Shown: piece by piece, positions 1 through 10,014 of the stretch
Numbering within the stretch: the stretch's first letter is position 1
Layout: every line of letters begins with the position of its first letter
Source of the DNA: a virus
Taxonomy: Duplodnaviria; Caudoviricetes
DNA length: 64,000 bases
Virus record (IMG/VR): IMGVR_UViG_2756170199_000003
Coordinates: 1 to 64,000 of that record
Reading direction: 5' to 3' (one strand)
The notes under the pieces: model-generated
What the model was told of the DNA's origin: nothing
Seen by the model: only the letters and a program-made list of their open reading frames with translations
Database searches by the model: none
Position numbers and translations under genes: made by a program

Positions 1-576
1 ATGACCAGATCGTCCATTCTGATCCGCCTGCGATGCCTCGCGGCAACGGCGATTGTGCTGGCATCCGTACCGGTTGCGCGCGCCGATGGTCACGCCAGCG
101 CGTATTGCGAACCCTCGCTGCGCGCGAGTCTCGTGGCAGCCGCGCAATCGGCTCCCGCGGCCGTTCAGGCGGATGGGTCGCTGTACGGGATGCCGCGCTG
201 GAATGCCTGGACGAAGCGCAGCTATTTCGGCATAGCTTTCCCGGGGCTGCTGTCGTGCGCCTACACCGTCAGCGCGATTTTCGAGGGGGCCTGTCATCCG
301 ATCGGCAAAATCGCTTCGGTATCGGCTGTCGATGCGGCCCTCTCGCGCTGGCAGAAAATCGATGCCCAGGACAAGGTGCAGGCGGGCGATGTGGTCTTCT
401 GGCGGCCTCGCCAGTTACCGGTCGTGCATCGGCTGTGCGGCGCGCACTGGCACGTCGGTATCGCAACCGGCGACGGACGGACGGTCGACAACGACTGGTT
501 CTCGGGAAAGCCGGAGAGTCACGGTATGTCCCGTCTGTGCGTTGCGTTCGACCACGCACGCAGACCACCGGACTGA
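1..576 (+). CDS. Secreted NlpC/P60-like (papain-fold) peptidoglycan hydrolase
   Basis: Signal peptide-like N-terminus ending VARA; SCAYTVS catalytic Cys motif, AGDVVFW and HWHVGI His motif. Confidence 0.65.
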   Translation: MTRSSILIRLRCLAATAIVLASVPVARADGHASAYCEPSLRASLVAAAQSAPAAVQADGSLYGMPRWNAWTKRSYFGIAFPGLLSCAYTVSAIFEGACHPIGKIASVSAVDAALSRWQKIDAQDKVQAGDVVFWRPRQLPVVHRLCGAHWHVGIATGDGRTVDNDWFSGKPESHGMSRLCVAFDHARRPPD

Positions 577-612
577 AACGCGTTTCACCCAATTCCGGCC
601 CCCGGATACGGG

Positions 613-3600
613 TCATGTTTGCGGACCCTCTTCACCTTCTTCACCCTCCTCAGGGTTCTCCTTCTCGTCTTCGCCCCCTTTCTTTTTCGTTCCCGGCTTT
701 TGCGGTTTGCCTTCGCCCGATTCATTGCCGGACTCGCTACCCGTTTCATCAGGCGTTCCACTGCCCGCCTCTTCCGCGGCCTCGTTGTTACCTCCAGCGC
801 CGGTTTCCTCCTCACTGCCCGTGTTTTCTTCGCCGCCGGATCCGAACGGCGAAGGCGTCGGCTCACCCTCCCCTTCCGATGTCTGCGTCGCGCCAAAGCC
901 CTCGCCACCGCCGAAGTCAGGCATCTCGCCACCGCCCATGCCGCCCATGTCACCTTCCCCGCCGCCGCCAAAATCATATTCACCACCACCCGAAGTATCA
1001 GAACTCGAAGACGAGTAGCTGTCGCTGGCTTCGGTCGTGCTCTTGTCCTGGACGGTCTTGAACTTCTCGTTGGCGCGGTTCGTGATCGGCAGCAGCCCCT
1101 TGAAGAAGTCCCCGAATGCCTTCTGCAGCTGTTCGATGTGTTCGGTCTGCATCCTGAAGACGTCGACCAGCGGCTTGCCGTCCTCGTCCATGGTGGTGAG
1201 CTGCGCGAGCTCGGGCAACATGCCATTCTCGACCATGTAGAGACGGATGAAATAGGCCTTGGCGACTTCCTTCAGGGTCTCGATTTTCGCCGCGACGTCG
1301 CCGGCCGTATCCACGTTGAAGAACTTTTCCGAGATCCACGCCTCCAGTCCTGCCTCAAGCGCCTTGGTATAGGTCTCGAGCGCCGTCACCTGGTTTTCCA
1401 GCGTCGACGAGTTCGGCCGCGGCAGCGACACCTCGACGTTCATCAGAAACTCGATCAGGATCTGCTCGACGAGATATTCCTTCTGCTCTTCGCCAACGTC
1501 ACGGCTGCCTGCCTTGCCAAGCACAGGCCGGTCGGTGATAACGGGCACCTCGGCCTTGCGGTCTGGCCGGGGGTTCGTCCGATAGCTCGCGCGATAATCG
1601 GAAACACTTCTCGCCTCCTGCCGATCCTCCTTGTCGAACTTGAGTTTCGTGAAGTTATCGCGCAGGATCTGCTTGAGATCCGCCATCGTTTCAGCGGTGT
1701 TCATCACGTGGATGCGCATGTGGGCGGCCAGCTGCGGGTGAAACTCATCCTGAAGCTGCATCACGCGCTTGGACATCAACGTGTTGCTCGTGACGATCGA
1801 GGTGGCAAACTCAGGCTGGCTCGCCGTGTCGATAAGCTCCGGCGGTGTGCCGACCTTCATGAGCGCCCGTTTCCTCAGATTGTCTTCGAGGTCCGTGTCT
1901 GGTTTGGCGTAGCTGGTGTTCTTCTCGCCAAAGTCGATATTCACGTCCGGATAACCGGGGTGCCCCTCTACCACGAAATTGAAGCCCGCCCGCGCGATGA
2001 AATCGAGCACGTCGTAGGGCGAACTGATCCCCACCGGCATCTGGTTTGAACGCAGACGTGCAGTCTCGTTCATGATCGTTTCCATCGTCTTCTCGGGGTT
2101 CGGATCTTCCTCGTCGAGCTTGATCTTCACGTCCGTGCGCGCGATGGAATTGCGCACGCCCGCCATCACGTTTGAAAAGAGCAGCGTGGTCCGAAGGCCA
2201 TTCAGGATCCGGATCTCGTCGAGCAGCGATTCGCCAATGCCGTTCTCATTGAAGCGAAACGCGAAGTACGTCATGAACTCAGCAGGAATGAACAGCAGCT
2301 GGCTGTTCTGGCGCGCAAGCGCACGCGCCAGCATGACCCGGTAGACTTCCTCGCGCCGCGCAATCTCGACACCTGAACCATAGACCCCGTTACGCAGGCG
2401 TGCGAGCAGGTCCTGCTCGATCATGTCGCCATAGACGCGGGCGCTGTAATCGAGCGACTCGCGGTTGGTGAAGTTGAACCCCTCCATCTGCGACTTGACC
2501 TTGTTGATCATCGCCGAGGGAAACGCGCCACCCGTATTGAGCTGCTGCGTCATCTGCTGGTACGAATCCGTGATCGCCTGCCGCACGATCGGGTGCCCCT
2601 CCATGTCGAGCAACACGAAGAAGCCGACCTGGTGTTCGGGCGTGCCCGGCACGTGAACCGGGATCACCGCTTCCGACGGGATGTGCATCGTGAGCGGACT
2701 GCCCACCGTACGGCGCCTAAGCTGCTCCTGGGTCTTCACGCTTGCGATCGGCTGGTACCCGTACTGCCGGTTGCGGTACAGCACACCGGTGAGTTCCCGG
2801 TCGTTCATTTCCGCGATCGACATCTCGCGGCCATAGCCAACCGATTCCAGCGCGGGAGACTTCAATGACGTGAGAATGCGGCGCTCGCGGATCTTCTGCC
2901 GGATCGCCGGGACCTTGAGCACCGTCGGGTTGTCGGTCACCGTGAGGAAGACATCCTGCACAGCTAACGGCTGCTGGAATGCGAGTTCAAAGCGCACCTG
3001 CCCGACGTGGCGGTTTTCCGAATCGCTGATTCGCCAGTCTGAAAACGATTCGGCCGAGATTCCCGTCATTCGCTGCTCGGTCGGCGCCGACTTCTGCACG
3101 GGGCCGAGTATCCCCAGTGGCCTGATCGTTCCGTCGGCGTAGATGTGCTCCGAGAGCGCTTCCATCGAAAGGCGCTGCTCGCCGTTGATCACGGCATCAA
3201 TGGAATTCTCGGGAATGACGGCGATCGGAAATGAACCCGTCCTGAAGAGCGCGCAGCGCAGGATCTCGGGGATCAGCGCCTTAATTTTATGGACCTGCTC
3301 GAAGTGGCGCCGGTAACGGTCGATGAGCGCCCCGCTCACGTCGGGGGGCATCAGCCCCTCCGGCGGTGTGAAGGTCAGATCGATCGACATCATGTCCTTC
3401 GGCGACCCGATGCTTGCCACCAGCACCTGCTGCGCGAGCTCCATGTCGGGCAGCAGGCCCATCACCGTTTCCGCGTCGTTGATGTTGCGCGCAGTCTGCT
3501 CGGCCGCGTTGCGGAATTCGTAGAGGTTGGGCTGCGTAATCTCCCTTTGCCCTTCCTGGTTGTACTGCGTGGGATTGGTGGAAGGCACGAGCTTCGCGAG

Positions 3601-3702
3601 AATCGCCGCCGTTTCCGGATCGCGACGAACCAGCTGGAGCACGTGGAACTTCTTTCCGGAGGCGGCCGATTCAATCACCCGCCGGTAGGCGCTTGCGCTC
3701 AT
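613..3702 (-). CDS. Putative portal protein (phiKZ gp129-like), about 1029 aa, with acidic Gly-rich C-terminal tail
   Basis: Start moved to ATG at 3702 (MSASAY..., purine-rich RBS GGGGAGAG). Motifs LLPDMELAQQVLVASIGSPKDM, IPSEAVIPVHVPG and GESLLD resemble jumbo phage portal proteins; divergent from a gp128-like gene. Confidence 0.72.
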   Translation of the reverse strand: MSASAYRRVIESAASGKKFHVLQLVRRDPETAAILAKLVPSTNPTQYNQEGQREITQPNLYEFRNAAEQTARNINDAETVMGLLPDMELAQQVLVASIGSPKDMMSIDLTFTPPEGLMPPDVSGALIDRYRRHFEQVHKIKALIPEILRCALFRTGSFPIAVIPENSIDAVINGEQRLSMEALSEHIYADGTIRPLGILGPVQKSAPTEQRMTGISAESFSDWRISDSENRHVGQVRFELAFQQPLAVQDVFLTVTDNPTVLKVPAIRQKIRERRILTSLKSPALESVGYGREMSIAEMNDRELTGVLYRNRQYGYQPIASVKTQEQLRRRTVGSPLTMHIPSEAVIPVHVPGTPEHQVGFFVLLDMEGHPIVRQAITDSYQQMTQQLNTGGAFPSAMINKVKSQMEGFNFTNRESLDYSARVYGDMIEQDLLARLRNGVYGSGVEIARREEVYRVMLARALARQNSQLLFIPAEFMTYFAFRFNENGIGESLLDEIRILNGLRTTLLFSNVMAGVRNSIARTDVKIKLDEEDPNPEKTMETIMNETARLRSNQMPVGISSPYDVLDFIARAGFNFVVEGHPGYPDVNIDFGEKNTSYAKPDTDLEDNLRKRALMKVGTPPELIDTASQPEFATSIVTSNTLMSKRVMQLQDEFHPQLAAHMRIHVMNTAETMADLKQILRDNFTKLKFDKEDRQEARSVSDYRASYRTNPRPDRKAEVPVITDRPVLGKAGSRDVGEEQKEYLVEQILIEFLMNVEVSLPRPNSSTLENQVTALETYTKALEAGLEAWISEKFFNVDTAGDVAAKIETLKEVAKAYFIRLYMVENGMLPELAQLTTMDEDGKPLVDVFRMQTEHIEQLQKAFGDFFKGLLPITNRANEKFKTVQDKSTTEASDSYSSSSSDTSGGGEYDFGGGGEGDMGGMGGGEMPDFGGGEGFGATQTSEGEGEPTPSPFGSGGEENTGSEEETGAGGNNEAAEEAGSGTPDETGSESGNESGEGKPQKPGTKKKGGEDEKENPEEGEEGEEGPQT

Positions 3703-3762
3703 CTGCTCTCCCCTTCCCTCTGCATCCCTCACTTTCCGTGGCACTTGCGCGGGAGCACAGCC

Positions 3763-6084
3763 GTGGCATCTAACAGTTCCAACGAGCTGCAGGTCTATCT
3801 GAACCAGTGCATCGAGCTCGCAAGCACCCTCGTGATCAAGTCGCAGGAAAGCGTGGATGGCCTGAACCAGTATGTGCAGGATTACTACGGAACATCGGCG
3901 TTCGAAGAAACCGACCCGACGACATGGAAGTACTACATGAATCTCGCGGGCCAGTACCACTTCACGGATAGCCCGATGCAGGTGAAGTCACTCGACACGA
4001 TGGAGATCATCGATTTCACCGTCGCGAACCTGATGCTCCACACGGCCACGGCCGCGGCTTACCGGTTCGGCACCTGGGAGTACCAGCAGCTCGTCACGCA
4101 GTACCCCCTTCAGGTTTTCCTGATCCTCGGGATCATCTATCCGGTGGATATCCAGGTGGCGATCAACGCGCAGGACGGCGACATACTCCAGTGGCCCGCC
4201 CCGCTCATCGAATCCAACGAGTCGACGCTCGTGCACCGGCTTCAGGACTGGGTGAAGGCGTTCAAGGTCCGGTGGATCAATCCGCAGTACGGCGTGAGCG
4301 ACGAGCTGTACTTCACCGTGCAGAACTCGAATCTCTACTACGGCCTCGTCATGGCGATCATTTCATTTCGCCTCGAGGCCTGCGGCACTGCCGAGGCCCA
4401 CAGCTATCACGTCAGACAGTACCTCGCCTCGCATCTGGGGCTTGATGCGTACTATGACCAGCTCACACTCACGCAGTCCATCTGGCTTTATCGCAACATC
4501 AACTACATCGAGCGCAATGCTGGCAAGCAGTCGACCTTCAGGACGCTCATCCAGAAACTGCTCACCGATCGAGGCATACCGCTTGCCGCCTACGTGATGA
4601 ACCACAACGTGGCCGACATGCCTGACGCACTCTATCCGGGTGTCGAATTCGATGCCGTTGCGCTAAATCTCGGTTACAACGCTGTCGCCGATACCACGTG
4701 GACGCTCGACCAGATGCTCAACAACGAGCAGCCAGTGGCCACCGGCAATGCGCTGATCCAGCCCGATGTCGAGCCCGATATCCAGACGCGTCTGGAAAAT
4801 TCACGCGCCAACACACTGCAAACGAAGGTGCTCAACTCGGCCATGATCGATATGTCCGGTTCGAGCCCCTATACGCTTGAGGACATCCTGCTGCACCACT
4901 GGGCCTTCTTCGCGAACCGGAATCTCTACACGGCTTTCCTTGTGGTCAACAACCCGGTGACAGGCGAACCGATCGTGCCCATGACCGCGAAGGACGGCTT
5001 CACGTTCGTGATCTACTGCTTCTGCCAGTCGGTGGGCTTTGATCTCACGAACGAACCGATACCGGCGGTCATCGCCACGCGCGTGCAGCGTATCCCGATG
5101 CCGTCTGTTCAGGACCTGATGTCAGTGGTCGATGCGGGGATCGTGACACAGGATATCGCGCAACTCGCGCTGTCCTGGCAGCCCGCGATCGTACCAATGA
5201 TCTCGGTCGACGCGTTCTGCGCCGCGGCCAACGCGATCTGGCAGGCAGCCACCAACCAGTGGAAGCTCGTCGCCTTCCAGGAACACCAGGAACGCCGTGG
5301 CATGGTCTACGGGATGGTCGAGCGCATCTATTCCGACAACGTCATCCAGATTGGTGACAGCGTCGCTGGTGGCGCGAGCGAAACGTTCGCCCAATGGTTC
5401 AAGCTGCGCAATATCGACATCTCGGTGTTCTCGGCCGACGACTACGGTCTGATGTACCAGTCGCTTGTGGAGGCAGCCACAGGCGTGGACCTGAAGTCGA
5501 CGCACTCGGTCGCAAACCTCCAGGCGGCCATGCTCGCCATGATGCAGAAGCTGTCGAGCTACAGCATCCAGTTCATTTCCGAGATCAATGACTCAACGAT
5601 CCGGGATGTGGGCACGGCCATCATACGAACGGGCGACAACCTGACGTCTTCCGAAGAAGACGCTTACGACGGCAACATTGGGGCGAGCATCATCCGCCAT
5701 CGCGTCACACCAACAGTCGACTTCGATTACGACATCAACGCCGCAATGTGCAACCGTCTCGACACGTCAGCGCAGGTCAATGTGGACGACTGGATTGGTC
5801 TTACCGTGCAGCCAGCGCGGGACCCGCTCGACATTTACGGCTACGTGAACATGCAGGCCATGGACGTACGCTCGACCGTGAAGGTCTCGACCGGGAGCCC
5901 TGCGATTCCCGCGCTCATCGGCATTGAGAACTGGCTTGCACTAACAGACGCTGAGCGTGCGGCGTCGATCATCAGCATATGGCCTCCGAACCTGCAGACA
6001 CCGGACAACCCGTTACCGCAGATGTCGGATGTCTGGCCCGTCAGAAATCTCACGGGCCTCGTTTATACCCCACCGGCCGACTAG
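3763..6084 (+). CDS. Virion structural/baseplate protein (phiKZ gp128-like)
   Basis: GTG start after GGGAG. Motifs WKYYMNLAGQYH, AHSYHVRQYLASH and WLYRNINYIERNAGKQSTF are typical of this phiKZ-like family. Confidence 0.75.
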   Translation: MASNSSNELQVYLNQCIELASTLVIKSQESVDGLNQYVQDYYGTSAFEETDPTTWKYYMNLAGQYHFTDSPMQVKSLDTMEIIDFTVANLMLHTATAAAYRFGTWEYQQLVTQYPLQVFLILGIIYPVDIQVAINAQDGDILQWPAPLIESNESTLVHRLQDWVKAFKVRWINPQYGVSDELYFTVQNSNLYYGLVMAIISFRLEACGTAEAHSYHVRQYLASHLGLDAYYDQLTLTQSIWLYRNINYIERNAGKQSTFRTLIQKLLTDRGIPLAAYVMNHNVADMPDALYPGVEFDAVALNLGYNAVADTTWTLDQMLNNEQPVATGNALIQPDVEPDIQTRLENSRANTLQTKVLNSAMIDMSGSSPYTLEDILLHHWAFFANRNLYTAFLVVNNPVTGEPIVPMTAKDGFTFVIYCFCQSVGFDLTNEPIPAVIATRVQRIPMPSVQDLMSVVDAGIVTQDIAQLALSWQPAIVPMISVDAFCAAANAIWQAATNQWKLVAFQEHQERRGMVYGMVERIYSDNVIQIGDSVAGGASETFAQWFKLRNIDISVFSADDYGLMYQSLVEAATGVDLKSTHSVANLQAAMLAMMQKLSSYSIQFISEINDSTIRDVGTAIIRTGDNLTSSEEDAYDGNIGASIIRHRVTPTVDFDYDINAAMCNRLDTSAQVNVDDWIGLTVQPARDPLDIYGYVNMQAMDVRSTVKVSTGSPAIPALIGIENWLALTDAERAASIISIWPPNLQTPDNPLPQMSDVWPVRNLTGLVYTPPAD

Positions 6085-6173
6085 AAGGTCTCCCACCGGA
6101 GATACCCACAGGTGAGTCGTGACGCCACCGCGGTGGCGTTCGCCATTTAATCAGGATTTCTAACGGACGAGAC

Positions 6174-7031
6174 ATGGAACAGAGTCAGCGCACGGCGTGG
6201 GGCGCGTATCTGCAGACGTGCCTGTTGCAGAATCTGCCTTTCACGATGATGGCGAACACCACACTGAACGAGAGGTTTGGTGTACAGGCCGGTGTTGCCC
6301 CCTCACCTGGCATTCTTCCTTCACAACGGTACTACTGTATTGGAAATGGGGGAGCAGGCGTCACCGCTGGCGCCGACAACGTCGCACTCTCGCAGCCCCT
6401 GCAGCACCAGGCAACCGATTCGTCGCTCTTCAATCACCTGCCCTTCATCATGCGGCCGGTGAGCGCTGATCTGAGCTCCGCGCAGATGGCGCAGTACGCG
6501 CTGCGTCAGGTGGTGACGTGGAACAGCGTGCCGTATGCATGCTACTTCCTGCGCCGCATCGATTTCACGGGTGTCGGGGTCGAGCTCAACATGGTGACCG
6601 TGGCCAATGGTGTCTCGACCGTCACGCCCTACGTACCGGACGCCTCGAACCTTAATCCGCAACCGCCCACCCCCGCCAACGGTTCGATCAACATTCTCTC
6701 GGGAGACTTCATCACCGCGGCCGCCATCGTCAAGCTCTCGTTCAGCGCACAGGACGTCACTGAGCTCCTGAACTGCGCCAACATCATCTACGGTGACGCG
6801 CGCTACGCCGTCGTCAACGAGATAGGGCTCGTGAGCGGCATCGACAAGGTTGTGAATGTCCCCGTCTCCGGCGGCTCGTTCAACATGAGCGAGGTCATCT
6901 GCGCGCAGATCTGCTCGTTCTTTAACACCTATCAGGCGATGAACTACCAGAACGGTGGCGTGAACATCAATCTGAGCGTCGGGGCTACCGAGCCACTGTT
7001 CGTGTTACAGGCGACGGGTCAGGGATCGTGA
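6174..7031 (+). CDS. Virion structural protein (phiKZ gp127-like)
   Basis: RTAWGAYLQTC, NTTLNERF, YYCIGNGG and EIGLVSGIDK motifs; follows the gp128-like gene. Confidence 0.72.
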   Translation: MEQSQRTAWGAYLQTCLLQNLPFTMMANTTLNERFGVQAGVAPSPGILPSQRYYCIGNGGAGVTAGADNVALSQPLQHQATDSSLFNHLPFIMRPVSADLSSAQMAQYALRQVVTWNSVPYACYFLRRIDFTGVGVELNMVTVANGVSTVTPYVPDASNLNPQPPTPANGSINILSGDFITAAAIVKLSFSAQDVTELLNCANIIYGDARYAVVNEIGLVSGIDKVVNVPVSGGSFNMSEVICAQICSFFNTYQAMNYQNGGVNINLSVGATEPLFVLQATGQGS

Positions 7032-7618
7032 TGCTCCACGTGCCAGCAGACCCGGCCGGCGAAGTGGTCATCGTTGGCATTGATCCGGGCAGCCTGCATA
7101 TGGGTACGGCCGTACTGCGTCTCGAGTTGCCGACGCTGGACATCACCGCCGCTGCGGCCAGCACCCTGCACTCGTCCCGGCTGCCCGCGGCGCTGTGGAC
7201 CGCCGAGTGCTTCGGCGATCGCGTGGGTCGGATTGCGTCACTCGAAGACGCCCTCGTCTCGTTCTTCAACGAAGTTGACCCCGTCATGATCGCCTGCGAG
7301 GCAGCGTTCATCAACCTGCGACGCCCGCAGGCCCACGGGGTACTGACCGAAGTGATCTGCAGTGTGCGGCGCGCCGTTATGCGCTACGACGCATGGAAGC
7401 CGCTCTACCTCATCGACCCGGCCAGTGTGAAGAAGGCTGTGGGCGCGCGGGGCGATGCCGGCAAGGATGCGATCAGGGCGGCCGTGCGGCGCATTCCGGA
7501 TCTGCAATACGAGGACAGGCTCGCCCCCTCGTCGCTTGATGAACATGCGGTCGACGCGCTCGCCGTCGCTTACGCACGCCGCAAAGCCTGGATGGAGGCG
7601 TTATGTTTGACAAGATAA
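7028..7618 (+). CDS. ruvC: RuvC-like Holliday junction resolvase
   Basis: IVGIDPG, IACE, VKKAVG..G.A.KD and DEHAVDALAVA catalytic motifs. Confidence 0.88.
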   Translation: MMLHVPADPAGEVVIVGIDPGSLHMGTAVLRLELPTLDITAAAASTLHSSRLPAALWTAECFGDRVGRIASLEDALVSFFNEVDPVMIACEAAFINLRRPQAHGVLTEVICSVRRAVMRYDAWKPLYLIDPASVKKAVGARGDAGKDAIRAAVRRIPDLQYEDRLAPSSLDEHAVDALAVAYARRKAWMEALCLTR

Positions 7619-8274
7619 AGGCCTACGCAGACCTCATCATCGGGGGCGTCCTGCTCCTCATTCTCGCAAGTGCTGTGGCGTATGGCGCCTGGCAGGCCCA
7701 CAAGGTCAAGGTCCTCAACCAGAGCCTTGTCACGGCGCAGCAACAGGTCGACGAACTGAAGGCGGCCAACCGCAACCTCGCGCAACAGGTGCAGCTCGCC
7801 CAGACACTGAACCGCGTCAATGACGCGGTGGTCACCGCCACAGTCGCGGCGCACGCCGACACGACGGCCACGCACACCACCATCGCTGCGACCACGCAGA
7901 GCCGCATTGAAACCGTCAGGCAGAAGTACGCGTCGGTGGCCACTCACGCAATGACCCCGGATGAGGCACAGGCTCACGCCACCGCTCAGGCGCGTGACAT
8001 CAGCGAAATCCAGATCGATGGTCTCTGGCAACACTACTGCGCAGCGGCGCCCGCCGGAAGCGCTGGTTGTGCGGAATTTACTTCGTCAGGCAATGCTGCG
8101 ATGGACGTCGCTACCGGTGCCCCCGCTACCACGGCGGGCAGAACACGTCGTGTTTCAGTCCCGGATGTTTCCCGAAGCACGACAGGCCCTCCGTCCGCCG
8201 CCTCGCCCATCGTGGCCAAAGCAAACGGCCCACCACCGCAGGGGGGCGTCCGATCAACCGATGTCGTTATCTGA
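7603..8274 (+). CDS. Putative inner-membrane spanin (Rz-like)
   Basis: N-terminal TM helix, then a coiled coil and WQHYC...C; directly upstream of a lipoprotein gene. Confidence 0.6.
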   Translation: MFDKIKAYADLIIGGVLLLILASAVAYGAWQAHKVKVLNQSLVTAQQQVDELKAANRNLAQQVQLAQTLNRVNDAVVTATVAAHADTTATHTTIAATTQSRIETVRQKYASVATHAMTPDEAQAHATAQARDISEIQIDGLWQHYCAAAPAGSAGCAEFTSSGNAAMDVATGAPATTAGRTRRVSVPDVSRSTTGPPSAASPIVAKANGPPPQGGVRSTDVVI

Positions 8275-8292
8275 ATCCGGAGGAAGACCCAG

Positions 8293-8658
8293 ATGATGCG
8301 ATTGAACGTGCCTGCTGGCGTCAGCCTGCTGATCCTGTCGCTGTCCGGTTGTGGGAGCGCGCCAACAGTGGTGAACCACTACCAGACCATCCTCCCCGAA
8401 GCGCCCGCCCTCCTTCTTGACGACTGCCCGGTCGCCCCGCCTCCGGATCGCGCACAGTACCTCGCGAGCGACTGGGAGGGAAAGGAAAACCTGCTGTCAC
8501 AGGCGTACATCACCCAGACCACCAATCTCGCCAACTGCAACATCGACAAGCAGAACCTGCGTGTCTGGTGGGCCCAGACCCGCGCGGCCGTAGACAAGGC
8601 AAACGCGGCGGGTGCAGCGCCCGGTACAGGTACGCCTGAATCCGGGGGCGCCCCATGA
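8293..8658 (+). CDS. Putative outer-membrane spanin lipoprotein (Rz1-like)
   Basis: Lipobox LSGC, Pro-rich LLDDCPVAPPP segment and ANCNIDK helix typical of o-spanins. Confidence 0.72.
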   Translation: MMRLNVPAGVSLLILSLSGCGSAPTVVNHYQTILPEAPALLLDDCPVAPPPDRAQYLASDWEGKENLLSQAYITQTTNLANCNIDKQNLRVWWAQTRAAVDKANAAGAAPGTGTPESGGAP

Positions 8659-9164
8659 ACGAAGGCATTGCACAGGCAATCCGTACGCTCCTCTCCGATA
8701 TCGAGGATTCGAAACCCCTCAAGGATCATCAGGGCGCGCCACAGGCACTCCATGACCTGCTGGCCACCTATCAGGCACTGGCGGGCTACCAGAAGCATCT
8801 CCCTACCCTCACCGACGAGTCGACTGGCGCCGAACTGAAAGAGGCGATCGGTTGTCTGGACCCCGGCCAGGCAATGATCGTCCTGGCACGTTTTGCTTCG
8901 CGCAGGAACGACCCATCGACCGATGCAGACGCCGCAACAGGTGAAGCGCAGACACAGGCCCACGCAGCCGCTCCAGCTGGCATGGACCTGCAGACGCAGA
9001 TCCATGTGCTCGCGGTTGTGCTCGCCGTGTTCGCGCTGATCGCCGTCGCTGCCGCGGCCCTCGCGATCCTTGTTCACCTGCGTGTCGTAACAGCCGGTGC
9101 CGTCATCCACGACATGATGGACACCCTCAGGGACGCGCTCAGGGCGCTCACGGGACTGGACTGA
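8655..9164 (+). CDS. Hypothetical membrane protein with C-terminal TM segment
   Basis: ATGA overlap with the previous gene; hydrophobic VLAVVLAVFALIAVAAAALAILV. Confidence 0.55.
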   Translation: MNEGIAQAIRTLLSDIEDSKPLKDHQGAPQALHDLLATYQALAGYQKHLPTLTDESTGAELKEAIGCLDPGQAMIVLARFASRRNDPSTDADAATGEAQTQAHAAAPAGMDLQTQIHVLAVVLAVFALIAVAAAALAILVHLRVVTAGAVIHDMMDTLRDALRALTGLD

Positions 9165-9189
9165 TTCGCGCCCGGGCGGGGAGCACATC

Positions 9190-10014
9190 ATGACAAGCCT
9201 GCTCAGACTCGCGCTCGAGGAAGACGCCTCGGGCACGAATTTCCACGAGATCGAATATGTCTTCTACGCGAGATTATCCACAAGCCAGCCAGAAGCCGAA
9301 CCCGATAAGGCGCGCGCTGACGCGACGGAGCCGGTACCGCCCCATGCGACAGTTAAGCCGCCGTCAGGATTCACATCGACCGAACGCCACGAGCAGTGGG
9401 AACTCAAGATTCCCCAGACCGATCTCAATGCCGGCCATGGCACCATCCGCATACGTCGTACGAGCTGGCCAGACAAGGCGGACAAGACCGCCCAGTATGT
9501 CCTCACCACCAAGGTGAAGCTCAAGGACGGTACGAATTCGGAAGTGCCCGTCGAGACGACCGAAGATAACTTCCGGCAGTTCCGGGTCCTGGCCGCAAGC
9601 GGCATGCTCAAGGACCGCTACACGTATCCCGTCACCGCCGGATCTCTCCCGGAAAGCATGGGGCGCGACCTCAAGTGGGAAGTCGACTTTTTCCCGAAAC
9701 ACCACCCTGTCGGCAACGCAACGACGGTCGTGCCCCCGTCTCCCGCCGGATACCACCCGTGGGTCAAGATCGATCTCGAAGTCCGGCAGCGAATCTCCCC
9801 GCTTACCGCCACCACCGTAGACGCGTGGCCCTTTCCCTTTGAGGCCGAGGAGTGGATCGTCACCCAGAAGGACGCGCAGACACCCGAGGAGCAGGCCCGC
9901 GTCGACGCGATCTATGAGGCCTGCTTCCTCCTCCCCAATCCGTACATCAAGGCCGACGAGACCGACAAGATCGACCAGCCAGAGACGGGACGCGACGAAC
10001 GGAGCCCCCAATGA
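9190..10014 (+). CDS. CYTH/triphosphate-tunnel-like protein, probably a head protein
   Basis: EIE motif, RIR, LTTK, KDRY, WEVD and KIDLE follow the CYTH pattern; N-terminal LALEE resembles a prohead protease site. Confidence 0.6.
   Translation: MTSLLRLALEEDASGTNFHEIEYVFYARLSTSQPEAEPDKARADATEPVPPHATVKPPSGFTSTERHEQWELKIPQTDLNAGHGTIRIRRTSWPDKADKTAQYVLTTKVKLKDGTNSEVPVETTEDNFRQFRVLAASGMLKDRYTYPVTAGSLPESMGRDLKWEVDFFPKHHPVGNATTVVPPSPAGYHPWVKIDLEVRQRISPLTATTVDAWPFPFEAEEWIVTQKDAQTPEEQARVDAIYEACFLLPNPYIKADETDKIDQPETGRDERSPQ

Noticed and set aside
3289-3960. Apparent 670-bp head-to-head overlap of the portal-like and gp128-like ORFs
   Set aside because: Artefact of longest-ORF calling; starts with RBS at 3702 (minus) and 3763 (plus) remove the overlap.
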